From contig JABCSY010000001.1 in assembly GCA_018238625.1 (NCBI GenBank), positions 32,001 through 96,000 on the forward strand: a stretch of DNA of 64,000 nucleotides. The letters run 5' to 3'. Under the pieces are notes generated by a model. The model was not told the origin of the DNA. It worked only from the letters and a program-made list of their open reading frames with translations, and made no database searches. This stretch comes from Promethearchaeota archaeon. GTDB taxonomy: Archaea; Asgardarchaeota; Lokiarchaeia; Sigyniarchaeales; SOKP01. Below are positions 27,713 to 37,075 of the stretch, in pieces; the stretch's first letter is position 1, and each line of letters starts with the position of its first letter. The position numbers and the translations under genes are program-made.

Positions 27713-29986
27713 ATGGTTGAGAATATTGATGGGATTGTAAGTAAAGTAAGGATAAAAGACGCATTCAAAGAAGACGCAGGGAGAGGTATTGTAAGAGTAG
27801 ACCCAGAAATAGTTTCAAATTTAAAACTTAAGGTAGGTGATGTAATTAAAATCATCCATCCTGTAGTAAATAAAAAAACTGTTGCTTCTTTGTCAACAGG
27901 AAAAAATGAAGATAAAGGAAAAAAGATTATTCGTATGGATCCCTCCCTAAGACGAAATTTAGGAGCCTCAATTGATGACCTTGTTGAAATAAAAAAAATC
28001 AGTGTAGATATTGCCAATACAATAACCTTTGCTGGGTTAGATAATTCATTAATCCCACGAGATCCTCAAGCTTTAGCTAGAAAACTAGAAAATAGGGCAA
28101 TTACAAAAGGAGATAGCTTAAGTTTCTACGCTATGGCTCGCAGAATTGACCTTGTAATCGTTGATTACACTCCTAATTCTGAAGCGGTTAAAATTCAACT
28201 TGATACAAAAATATTATTTAGTGAAAAATCAACTCAAGAAATTAGCGAAATAAAAAAAAAAGAAATAACATATGAAGGAATTAGTGATTTAGAACAGAGA
28301 TTACAAGAGATTCAGGGAAAAATAACATACGAAGATATAGGTGGTTTAGAGGATTCGATTCAAAAGATTAGAGAAATGATTGAACTACCAATTAGACATC
28401 CTGAACTTTTTGAAAGAATTGGAATTGACCCTCCAAAAGGAGTTCTGCTCCATGGGGCTCCAGGTACAGGTAAAACATTACTAGCAAAAGCAGTAGCTTA
28501 TGAGACTGATGCCTATTTTATAAATATTAGTGGCCCTGAAATAATGAGTAAATTTTTTGGTCAAAGTGAAGAAAATCTTCGAAATAGATTTGAAGAAGCA
28601 AAAAATAACGCCCCCTCTATTATTTTTCTCGATGAATTAGATTCAATTGCTCATAAAAGGGATGAAAATAAAGGTCAAGTAGAATCAAGAGTTGTGGCTC
28701 AACTTTTATCTCTTATGGATGGTTTAGAAGGGAGAGGTGAAGTCATAGTCATTGGTGCAACGAATAAAATAAATAATATTGATATAGCACTAAGAAGACC
28801 AGGTCGTTTTGACAGAGAAATTGAAATTAAAGTACCTGATACTAAAGGCCGCTATGAAGTTTTATTGATCCATACTCGAGGAATGCCTTTAAATGAGGAA
28901 ATTGATCTAAATCTTATTGCTGAAAAAACACATGGTTTTGTCGGTGCAGATATAAAATCTTTATGCAAAGAGGCAGCTATGCTTGCGATTAGGGAGATAC
29001 TACCTAATATTGACTTAGATAAACCTATACCGGAAGAAATTTTAAACAAATTAATAATCAAAATGACACATTTTATTACAGCATTAAATAGTATTGAGCC
29101 ATCTGCATTAAGAGAAGTGTTCGTTACACAGCCAACTGAGACTTGGGAGGATATTGGCGGATTAGAAGATGCAAAGCAGCAATTAAGAGAAATAGTTGAA
29201 TGGCCATTTAAGTACTCGGGGTTCTATAAACATATGAAATCAAGACCCCCTAATGGAATTTTAATATTTGGTCTTCCTGGGACCGGTAAGACATTAATGG
29301 CTAAAGCGCTTGCCCATGAAACCGAAGTAAATTTTATTTCAGTAAAGGGTCCTGAATTTTTATCAAAATGGGTTGGTGAAAGTGCTAAAGCTGTAAGAGA
29401 AGTATTTCGAAAAGCAAGAACGGCTGCTCCTTGTATTATATTTTTTGACGAAATTGATGCTATCGCAGCAAGAAGGTCAACATCCTCAAGTTCAAGGGTT
29501 ATTGAACAAGTTGTAGCGCAATTTTTAACAGAAATGGATGGTTTAGAAGAATTAAAAGATGTTATATTAATAGCGGCTACAAATAGACCCGATATTCTCG
29601 ATCCTGCCATTCTGCGTTCAGGAAGATTCGGAAGGCATATAGAAGTTCCATTACCAAATAAAATATCTCGAATTAAGATATTTAAAATACACCTCGCTAA
29701 TCGTCCAATAGATAATAATATTGATATTGAAAAACTGGCAGAAAGGTTAGAAGGAAATACAGGAGCGGATATAAAAGCAATCTGCGAAGAAGCTACACTT
29801 TTAGCCATTCGCAGAAGTGTCATTAACAATAATATAGATACACAAAATCCTGATTCATATAAAAAGGTTAAAATTTCTCAAGCTGATTTTGAAAAAGCAA
29901 TAGAAAAAGTACAATTAGGCGCTAATAAAGCTAAAAGGGCTTATAAAGAAACTATTAAAGAAACTGTCGAAGATATTTACAGATAA
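27713..29986 (+). CDS. cdc48: Cdc48/VCP-family AAA+ ATPase
   Basis: N-domain [10 protein letters not shown]; two AAA modules ([28 protein letters not shown]) with SRH; C-terminal IYR (HbYX). Confidence 0.95.
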   Translation: MVENIDGIVSKVRIKDAFKEDAGRGIVRVDPEIVSNLKLKVGDVIKIIHPVVNKKTVASLSTGKNEDKGKKIIRMDPSLRRNLGASIDDLVEIKKISVDIANTITFAGLDNSLIPRDPQALARKLENRAITKGDSLSFYAMARRIDLVIVDYTPNSEAVKIQLDTKILFSEKSTQEISEIKKKEITYEGISDLEQRLQEIQGKITYEDIGGLEDSIQKIREMIELPIRHPELFERIGIDPPKGVLLHGAPGTGKTLLAKAVAYETDAYFINISGPEIMSKFFGQSEENLRNRFEEAKNNAPSIIFLDELDSIAHKRDENKGQVESRVVAQLLSLMDGLEGRGEVIVIGATNKINNIDIALRRPGRFDREIEIKVPDTKGRYEVLLIHTRGMPLNEEIDLNLIAEKTHGFVGADIKSLCKEAAMLAIREILPNIDLDKPIPEEILNKLIIKMTHFITALNSIEPSALREVFVTQPTETWEDIGGLEDAKQQLREIVEWPFKYSGFYKHMKSRPPNGILIFGLPGTGKTLMAKALAHETEVNFISVKGPEFLSKWVGESAKAVREVFRKARTAAPCIIFFDEIDAIAARRSTSSSSRVIEQVVAQFLTEMDGLEELKDVILIAATNRPDILDPAILRSGRFGRHIEVPLPNKISRIKIFKIHLANRPIDNNIDIEKLAERLEGNTGADIKAICEEATLLAIRRSVINNNIDTQNPDSYKKVKISQADFEKAIEKVQLGANKAKRAYKETIKETVEDIYR

Positions 29987-30018
29987 AAAAAATTAATTAA
30001 ACTTGTCAAGGATATTTT

Positions 30019-30074
30019 TTGAAAAATAAAATTATCAATTTATCAAAAATTTTTCTTATCAAATTCTTTAAATT
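30019..30074 (+). promoter_or_regulatory. Second copy of the operator-like element
   Basis: TTGAAAA-N6-TTATCAA (30019-30038), TTATCAA at 30056-30062, then ATTCTTTAAATT; same spacing as the 25084 element. Confidence 0.65.
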
Positions 30075-30139
30075 TGTCGCTTAAGAGTATTTAATTAGAA
30101 TGTATAAAAAAATTAAATAAAAATTAAAAGGTGTATATA

Positions 30140-30391
30140 ATGGTGATAAGTTTGGTTAATGAAGTAAATAGTTTTGAAGAAAAAATCGTTTTATCTTCTA
30201 AAAGTGAATTTATATCTGAATTTGCTCGAGGTTACTTTGAAGCGGAGATAATTGAAAAAGAAACACAATTAAATGAATATTTAAATGCGTATAATGCTAT
30301 TCGTGAGAAAGACTCATTTAATAAACAATACATAGAAACTTTAATATATTTATTAAAATCTGAAATAAAGGGAATCCAAAAATTGTTTTGA
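30140..30391 (+). CDS. Small helical protein homologous to the internal hairpin of the 25210 protein
   Basis: AGGTG SD then ATG 30140; ungapped similarity to the 25210 protein (A.GY...EI.EK....NE....Y......K.SF..Q). Confidence 0.75.
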   Translation: MVISLVNEVNSFEEKIVLSSKSEFISEFARGYFEAEIIEKETQLNEYLNAYNAIREKDSFNKQYIETLIYLLKSEIKGIQKLF

Positions 30392-30412
30392 AAGGATTCC
30401 CTTAATTTTTTT
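30368..30412 (+). terminator. Stem-loop followed by T-tract
   Basis: AAGGGAATCC (30368-77) / GGATTCCCTT (30394-403), perfect 10-bp stem with 16-nt loop, then AATTTTTTT. Confidence 0.55.
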
Positions 30413-30487
30413 AGTATTATTGTTTATTCTAAGAAATTAAATTAAAAAAATAAGAATTTTTAAAAAAATATATTTTAATAGTAATAA

Positions 30488-31336
30488 TTAAGCTTCTTTT
30501 TCGTGCAGCTTTCTCTTGGTTAAAAGATGTTGCTTAGAATGATGAGGTGTTCTCAATACTGTATCGTTAGATTTTTCTATTTCTCTGGCTTGTGTGCATA
30601 ATTCAGCAGCTGTTTTCATCATTTCGTGAGATGCAGCTAATAAAGGCATATATTCGGCTCTATCTTTTAAAACAAAGCACGCTCTTCCCGTAATCTTAGA
30701 AACTGAAGCTGCTAATTCAAAAGCTGCAATAGCTTTAGCTTGGGCGTAAGGATTTGAAAAGCCTGCTGCCTCTGTAGCGTTAGTGGCTTTAATCTCGATT
30801 TGAGGTAAAGTAGGGGCCTTCCCTTCTAACATATCCATTATAACTTTATTTAATTCGTTAGTTATTATATTAAAAGCACCAGTAATCGCAAGAACTTTTA
30901 ATAGATCTGCATTGAAACAACTCATCTCGACAGTGTCTAGAAATGGACGCCTTGCTCCTATCATAGAGTCACAGCCTACTATTATATATCCCATGTTTTT
31001 TTCTTTAAATTCTTCGATAGCCTTTTTTGCTGGAGCATCAGAGATTATAATCGTAGGAATATTTCCTGCTAATTCTCTTGCTGCTTTCGGTCCTTTTAAC
31101 GCTGCATTTGGGCTGGACATTAAGATTAATTCCGGTTCAAATTCTAATAATTTTTTCATAGTTTCTACGCATTCCTCTGGAGGGTTCATCTTCGCTCCCG
31201 AGGTAACTTCTCGCACAACTATATTCTTAGATTCTGCCCTTTCATCCAGTAAAAAAGCAAGTAATAACGAAGAACCAATTGTTCCATTCTTAAGTATCCC
31301 AATTTTTAAAACTTTTTCTTCACTCATTTTTGACAA
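30488..31336 (-). CDS. mtd: F420-dependent methylene-H4MPT dehydrogenase
   Basis: LLDERA, SGAKM, SPNAALKGP, DSMIGARRPFLD-VEM, AREIEKSNDTVLRTPH. Confidence 0.93.
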   Translation of the reverse strand: MSKMSEEKVLKIGILKNGTIGSSLLLAFLLDERAESKNIVVREVTSGAKMNPPEECVETMKKLLEFEPELILMSSPNAALKGPKAARELAGNIPTIIISDAPAKKAIEEFKEKNMGYIIVGCDSMIGARRPFLDTVEMSCFNADLLKVLAITGAFNIITNELNKVIMDMLEGKAPTLPQIEIKATNATEAAGFSNPYAQAKAIAAFELAASVSKITGRACFVLKDRAEYMPLLAASHEMMKTAAELCTQAREIEKSNDTVLRTPHHSKQHLLTKRKLHEKEA

Positions 31337-31500
31337 CTTTAAACTTATTAAAAATCATAAAGATTCTATTATGAATTTCTTAAATTGATAATTAATTAAA
31401 ATTTTTAGCTTTTTTTCTTAAAAATTTTATATATTATTGCGCTCTATTAAAATTTATAATATTAGGATTTAAATTACATAATAGAAATGTTGATTAAAAA

Positions 31501-32412
31501 ATGGAAATAAATGGAGTAGAAATTGAAGATACTTTCTGTGAAGCGTTTGGAGCTGTTTTTACTAGAATTTTAGTAACTACCATAAATGAAAAATGGGCGA
31601 AAATTGTTGCTCAAATCGCAACTGGTTATGGAACATCAACGATCCATTGCGATTCAGAAGCCGGTATAGATGTATTTGTTTCTGCTGAAAAAACACCCGA
31701 TAACCGACCTGGAGTTGTATTGATGTTTTTTAAGACTAAAAAAGATAAAATGGACGGTGTTTTATTGAATAGAATGGGTCAATGTGTATTAACATGCCCA
31801 ACAACTGCTTGTTTTGACGCATTTAATGGTTCTCTTGTTCCAGAGAAAGAATTTGAAATAAAAACAGGATATAAGCTAAAATTTTTCGGTGATAAATTTG
31901 AAGAAAAAATAGAAGGAGTTTATCCTTTTGAAGCCTGGAAAATTCCCGTTATGGACGGTGAATTTATCGTTCAAAGCACATTTAAAGTTGGAAAAGGAAT
32001 CGCGGGAGGAAATTTCTTAATTTATGGTGAAACTCAAGAGGCAGCCTTAGAAGCTGCAGAAAAGGCAATAGATGCTATAAAAGATTTAGAAAATATAATA
32101 GCTCCTTTTCCAGGTGGGATCGCACGGTCTGGTTCAAAAGTAGGCTCACAATATAGTTTTTTAAATGCTTCAACAAACGATCCTCTTTGTCCAACCCTAC
32201 GTGGAAAAACTGAGAATTCTTTACTCGGAGAGAAAGATAATTACGTGTATGAAGTAATCCTTGACGGTGCTAATGAAGAAGTTATAAAAGAAGCTTTGAA
32301 GTTAGGGATTAAAGCGGCTGTTCAAGTCCCGGGTGTTTCAAAAATCAGTGCAGGGAATTATGGCGGTAAGCTAGGAAAATTTCAATACAGATTGTATGAT
32401 ATTTTGGCTTAA
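31501..32412 (+). CDS. ftr: Formylmethanofuran:H4MPT formyltransferase
   Basis: MEINGVEIEDTFCEAF, TPDNRPG, GQCVLTCPTT, GIAGGN, SGSKVGS, ISAGNYGGKLG. Confidence 0.96.
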   Translation: MEINGVEIEDTFCEAFGAVFTRILVTTINEKWAKIVAQIATGYGTSTIHCDSEAGIDVFVSAEKTPDNRPGVVLMFFKTKKDKMDGVLLNRMGQCVLTCPTTACFDAFNGSLVPEKEFEIKTGYKLKFFGDKFEEKIEGVYPFEAWKIPVMDGEFIVQSTFKVGKGIAGGNFLIYGETQEAALEAAEKAIDAIKDLENIIAPFPGGIARSGSKVGSQYSFLNASTNDPLCPTLRGKTENSLLGEKDNYVYEVILDGANEEVIKEALKLGIKAAVQVPGVSKISAGNYGGKLGKFQYRLYDILA

Positions 32413-32456
32413 AAAATTAGAAAAAATGTTTTGAAAATAAATTTAAAAAAATTCTT

Positions 32457-34178
32457 TTATTTTAATTTTCTTTTTATTTTTCTTTGAGGTTCTTTTGGTA
32501 TTTCTTTGGTTTCTTGAGGTTCAACTTTAGCATCTTCTTCCACTACAACTTCTTTTTTAGAAGGCTTAGTTTTAGGTTTCTTTGATATTTTTTTAGAAGT
32601 AGGCTTTTTTGGGGCAGTAACTTTTGGTTCGCTATATACACCCTTAAATTTTTTATACAACAAACCAATACCGGCTAATACACCAATCGCAACACCAAGC
32701 ATAAACCCAAGCCATGGAAGAATGGGTGATAATAAATCAGGGATTACCCTAATTTCCTGTGGAGCTAAACCATAATCTGAATTTAGATAAGTAGTTGCGC
32801 CATCAATGTCTGTCACAGAAATATAAACATACCAAACGCCCGTTATTAATTCTTCCGTTCTGACTAAGATATTCATGCTGGGTGTATACGCCCTTGAAAG
32901 ATTATACCAATTATTTTCTGCGTCTAAAAGAGAGACTTTGATATATGCAATCGTGTTTTCCACATCAGAAACATCAAAAGTAAAAATTAAATCTTCACCA
33001 TAATTTACTGAAACACTCTGATTCATGTTTAATCCGTTAACTGAATAGCTTTGAATTTCAGGAGCATTGTTATCAACATATAAGAGAGCCGTATGAGAAT
33101 CCATTCCATTATATTGGTCTTCTGCTTCAATAATGATTTGGTATTTTCCTATTGGATTATTTATGCTTATCGAAAAAGTTGTTGTAAATGTCCAATTATT
33201 ATTGTTAGTTAATTCAATAGGAGACTGTAATTCACCAGTAGGATTTTGAATTGTCATAGAGACGGATATATTTTCTGGTAAGGTATAAATATCAACATCG
33301 GTAACATTTAGCGTAAGAGTACATTCTTCTGCTCTCTTTATCCTGTTTGGTGAAAAAATTATCGCCGAAACATCAATTTCCGGTAAAGAATTTAAAGCTT
33401 TAAAAGGAAAATACGCTGCTGCTTTCAGGTTATTCGATGTATCTGACATATTGACTTTTACGTAATAAATCTTATTAGTATGATTAAATCTGTCGTCAAT
33501 TTCAAAAGAAAATTGCTCTAGATTATTACCAACATCAAAAATATTATTTTGAAGAGTTTCGTTGTCACTATCAACAATTGTTACGTTCCAATCGAAGTTG
33601 TACGGTTGAGGTTCATCACTTACAATTAATTCTGCGAAGAGCGTTTCACCTTTACTATATTCTATGCTATTAAGTACCAACAAATAATTGGTTGTGATCG
33701 TGAAGTTAGTAATTGGAACATCCAAACTTAAGAGAACATTAGTTTCGTTGTAAATTAAGAAACTTACATTGCTAAACCCTAATGGGGCGTCGTATTTGGG
33801 GTTGTAAGTATAAGTAAAATTGTTTCCGATAATAGGATCCATGTTAAATTCTTCTACTACATTATTTGAATAATGGATTTGCATAACAGTGTAATTTGGG
33901 TTAGTAAATTTAGAAGCGTTGATATCAAATTGTAAAGATTCAAATAACCTATAAATTGTAGTTGCGTTTTGAAATATTGATGTATATTCTAAAGGGGGGT
34001 TTCCGTTATCAGAACTTCTTAAATCAAAAATTCGGTTAAAATCACTGCCGTCACTAATTTTTTCGTTATCAAAGTACTCGCTATTATAACTAATTGAAAT
34101 AACCCAAAAGTTAAACGAGATAGCAGTTAAAGTAAATATTATCAAAAAAATACTAATAAAATGTTTTTGTCTAATCAT
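32457..34178 (-). CDS. Membrane-anchored surface protein with tandem beta-sandwich (Ig-like) repeats
   Basis: N-terminal hydrophobic segment, N-x-S/T-rich body, N-x-x-P-E-I repeat starts, C-terminal TM plus Lys/Pro-rich tail. Confidence 0.7.
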   Translation of the reverse strand: MIRQKHFISIFLIIFTLTAISFNFWVISISYNSEYFDNEKISDGSDFNRIFDLRSSDNGNPPLEYTSIFQNATTIYRLFESLQFDINASKFTNPNYTVMQIHYSNNVVEEFNMDPIIGNNFTYTYNPKYDAPLGFSNVSFLIYNETNVLLSLDVPITNFTITTNYLLVLNSIEYSKGETLFAELIVSDEPQPYNFDWNVTIVDSDNETLQNNIFDVGNNLEQFSFEIDDRFNHTNKIYYVKVNMSDTSNNLKAAAYFPFKALNSLPEIDVSAIIFSPNRIKRAEECTLTLNVTDVDIYTLPENISVSMTIQNPTGELQSPIELTNNNNWTFTTTFSISINNPIGKYQIIIEAEDQYNGMDSHTALLYVDNNAPEIQSYSVNGLNMNQSVSVNYGEDLIFTFDVSDVENTIAYIKVSLLDAENNWYNLSRAYTPSMNILVRTEELITGVWYVYISVTDIDGATTYLNSDYGLAPQEIRVIPDLLSPILPWLGFMLGVAIGVLAGIGLLYKKFKGVYSEPKVTAPKKPTSKKISKKPKTKPSKKEVVVEEDAKVEPQETKEIPKEPQRKIKRKLK

Positions 34179-34185
34179 TTTTCAA

Positions 34186-36960
34186 TCATCTTCTTAATAG
34201 TCTGTGTTTAATCTCTTTATTTTTATATAGTAAAATAACGCCTATTGGAATTAAAATTGGAACAATATAAAAGAAAACTAAATTAAAAGGTGATAATTCT
34301 AATTTAACTTCGAAGTAATATTGGACAACGGGTTCGCCAGAGCTGTCTCTTAATTCAAATGTATAAGAAACAATCCCAAAATCATAAGGATTTATGCTAG
34401 GGATTACTTCAGCAACAAGCCTATTAATTCCAGGTCCCAATCCATCAATATTGGTTTCTACAGGCTCACCATTCATATATAGCGTAAAGGTTTCAGATTG
34501 ATCTTGATTGTTTTGAATAATCATAATAAACTGAGCAGCAACGCCTTGAGAAATAATTTCAGGAAAAAATACATTTATTATTTCAAATTTTTGAATGATT
34601 TCAACGTAAAATTGCTTAGTGTAGAAGACTGTAGAATCCTTTGAAATCTCCATTGTTACATTAACAAGATGTGTTTCTGTATCAGAAATATTCAAATCAT
34701 AATATACACTTTTGATTTCGTTTTTAAGTAAAAATACTTCTTCTTTAAGAACTAAAGAATCATCTTCAAAGAAACTCACATTAAATGTTTGAGTGTTATT
34801 TGGTAGGAAATTAACTAAATTCATTGAGACAAACGCACTTTCTCCACTTACAATATAACTTTCATAAATTAGATTGGTATAGTCAAATGAATGCCCAATA
34901 TCAATAATTATAACTATTTCTAAATAGGTAATGTTTCCGTATTTGAAATTAATGCTAAGTGTATGGGGGCCTATGCTGGCTCCGAGGGTAGTAGTAAGGT
35001 TAAATGAAACGTTAGTTAAAACGAGAGTATTAAAAGTAATATTTTGAATTTCATTAATTATATTATCCCCTTCTAGGGAGACTGTTAAATTAACATCGTT
35101 ATTGCGGGTGTTATTGACGGGAATTGTAATGTTTAAAACAGGACCTTGATATAATATTTCTGGTAAACCTTGGATCGGGTGATTTATCAATCCAGAAACT
35201 ACATTAAACTGTTTTAAAATTTGTGCTGTGCCAAAATTTGAACAGTTAGCAAAAATTTGGAGGAAATACCCATCTCCTATTTCGAATGTATCAGTTACAG
35301 TATGCAATAAAGTTGTAGAATTTTCAGTAATTTGTTGTGTCGTTGTGTTCAAGATTACCTTCTCTGGATTTTTGAAAAGATAACTAATTGTTGCACTGTC
35401 AATATTATATTCAATTGTAAATTGTTCATAAGTTTTTGTTGTAACATTGTAATATTGATTAGATTTTACGAAAGAATAAATACTGGTAATGTTTAGGGTG
35501 TCTTGATTAAATATATAATCAGGAATTTCATTAGTTGCGTTGTAAAACGAGTTTAGCGTTGTACTGTTATATATTTCGTATGCATTTAAATAAGCCTCAC
35601 ACAGTTTAAGGTTCGCGTGAAAATTCTTATCGTTATCTACTGGAGAATCTATTGATGTTTTGTAAGAATTAACTGCTCCATCATAAAAGGAACTTTCAAA
35701 AGTGTTAAATAATTGCCAAGCTCTATCGTAATAAGTATTATTTCCTGTGTATTCAAAAAGTTTTAAACAAGCTGACATCATAACAGCATTTGGTTCTAAT
35801 TCTATGGAGTGACTTTCTCCTGAAGTACCCCAGTTATTACCTCGATTTTTTTCATATGCATTGAACCCTGAATCCCATAATACTTCTAATTTGTCAAATA
35901 AGAAAGTCGCTTTTTGTAAAAAGAGGGAATCATGTTGCATTCCAGATTCAATCCAGTATTCTAATAGAGTTATAATTCCTAAAGCGTTAATTTGTAAATA
36001 TTTTAAATCACTAAATGCTCCTGCATGAGACCAATCATTGTTACTGTAATTAGAAAAACCTCCTCCATTTGAAGTGTCCCATAACCCATCTATAAGTTTA
36101 TTTATTGTAATATTTGCCAATTCAAGAGCTCTATTCTTCATAACGCTATTCAAATTAAGCTCTTCGTAAATTCGGTGAATTTGAAGCATAGCTAATACCG
36201 CATGCATGTTACTTTCTGCGTATTTGTAAGTTGTTGCGTTATGATCGTAAAACCCTTCATAAGTATCATCCCAAAATTGAGTTGAATCAAGTAAATCAAA
36301 AATCTCTTCAATTGAATCTTTAGGATAAATGCTATTAATGGTAAAGCTGTTGATGTCATTGCCAATATTTTCAATTAATAGAGATATCGGCATAAGATTG
36401 TCAGTTAAATATCTTCTATCGTCAAATATTTGACCCGTAGTGTTATCAACTGACCCTATAAAACCATAAGCATCAGCTTCGGTACTGCTTTGATACCATA
36501 AAGGTGACTCCTTTAATTTCAAATAAGTATCAAACGTTTCAAATGCATTCATATCATCTTTCAAAAGGGTTTTATATAAAAGCAAATTGTCAATAGGATA
36601 CACTTTATCATCGGTTATGACTCCTACATTATTACCTTCTCGAAAATATGTGTTTATATCTAAGGCTAAATCTGATTCATAATTAGCTTTAAAAAAGTTC
36701 CAAATATCATCAAAATTAACTTTGAATGGGTCTTGAAAAATTTCTGGACCCGCTGCAAGATTTATTTCATCAACATTAAATTCGATATTATCTTGGGAAA
36801 AATACTCGTTTTGAGGATTAATATTTTGAAAGTAGTTATCATTAAAGTATAATACATTAAATACAATAATAAATATGAAGAATATACATAAAATTAATTT
36901 AGGCTTTCTAAGTCCTTTATTTCCTTTCATTTTTAGAGCAAAAACGTTGATAAAATTCAT
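34186..36960 (-). CDS. Large surface protein: (alpha/alpha)6-barrel-like region, Ig/CARDB-like domains, C-terminal TM anchor
   Basis: Repeated (L/F)WD-x3-GGF and K..(N)A motifs typical of GH76/AGE-like barrels; beta-rich C-half; TM followed by KNKEIKHRLLRR. Confidence 0.65.
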   Translation of the reverse strand: MNFINVFALKMKGNKGLRKPKLILCIFFIFIIVFNVLYFNDNYFQNINPQNEYFSQDNIEFNVDEINLAAGPEIFQDPFKVNFDDIWNFFKANYESDLALDINTYFREGNNVGVITDDKVYPIDNLLLYKTLLKDDMNAFETFDTYLKLKESPLWYQSSTEADAYGFIGSVDNTTGQIFDDRRYLTDNLMPISLLIENIGNDINSFTINSIYPKDSIEEIFDLLDSTQFWDDTYEGFYDHNATTYKYAESNMHAVLAMLQIHRIYEELNLNSVMKNRALELANITINKLIDGLWDTSNGGGFSNYSNNDWSHAGAFSDLKYLQINALGIITLLEYWIESGMQHDSLFLQKATFLFDKLEVLWDSGFNAYEKNRGNNWGTSGESHSIELEPNAVMMSACLKLFEYTGNNTYYDRAWQLFNTFESSFYDGAVNSYKTSIDSPVDNDKNFHANLKLCEAYLNAYEIYNSTTLNSFYNATNEIPDYIFNQDTLNITSIYSFVKSNQYYNVTTKTYEQFTIEYNIDSATISYLFKNPEKVILNTTTQQITENSTTLLHTVTDTFEIGDGYFLQIFANCSNFGTAQILKQFNVVSGLINHPIQGLPEILYQGPVLNITIPVNNTRNNDVNLTVSLEGDNIINEIQNITFNTLVLTNVSFNLTTTLGASIGPHTLSINFKYGNITYLEIVIIIDIGHSFDYTNLIYESYIVSGESAFVSMNLVNFLPNNTQTFNVSFFEDDSLVLKEEVFLLKNEIKSVYYDLNISDTETHLVNVTMEISKDSTVFYTKQFYVEIIQKFEIINVFFPEIISQGVAAQFIMIIQNNQDQSETFTLYMNGEPVETNIDGLGPGINRLVAEVIPSINPYDFGIVSYTFELRDSSGEPVVQYYFEVKLELSPFNLVFFYIVPILIPIGVILLYKNKEIKHRLLRR

Positions 36961-37075
36961 AATAAATCTTTAAAATTATTTTTTAATAGTATAGTTTTAA
37001 AAAAAATGTTCTTCTCTTTAATATTTTTTTCTGAAAACCTCTGTTATTTAAGGATATTTTAACGTTATTTTTTTC

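Noticed and set aside
29224-29829. 201-aa antisense ORF and the other short nested ORFs (e.g. 1256-1666, 14829-15197, 30912-31388, 62828-63250)
   Set aside because: They lie within or opposite well-supported genes and have no motifs; typical shadow ORFs
30368-30403. TGA stop inside a hairpin loop as possible selenocysteine recoding/SECIS
   Set aside because: Read-through gives only a short low-complexity tail, the aligned paralogue has no Cys there, and stem plus T-tract fits a terminator better
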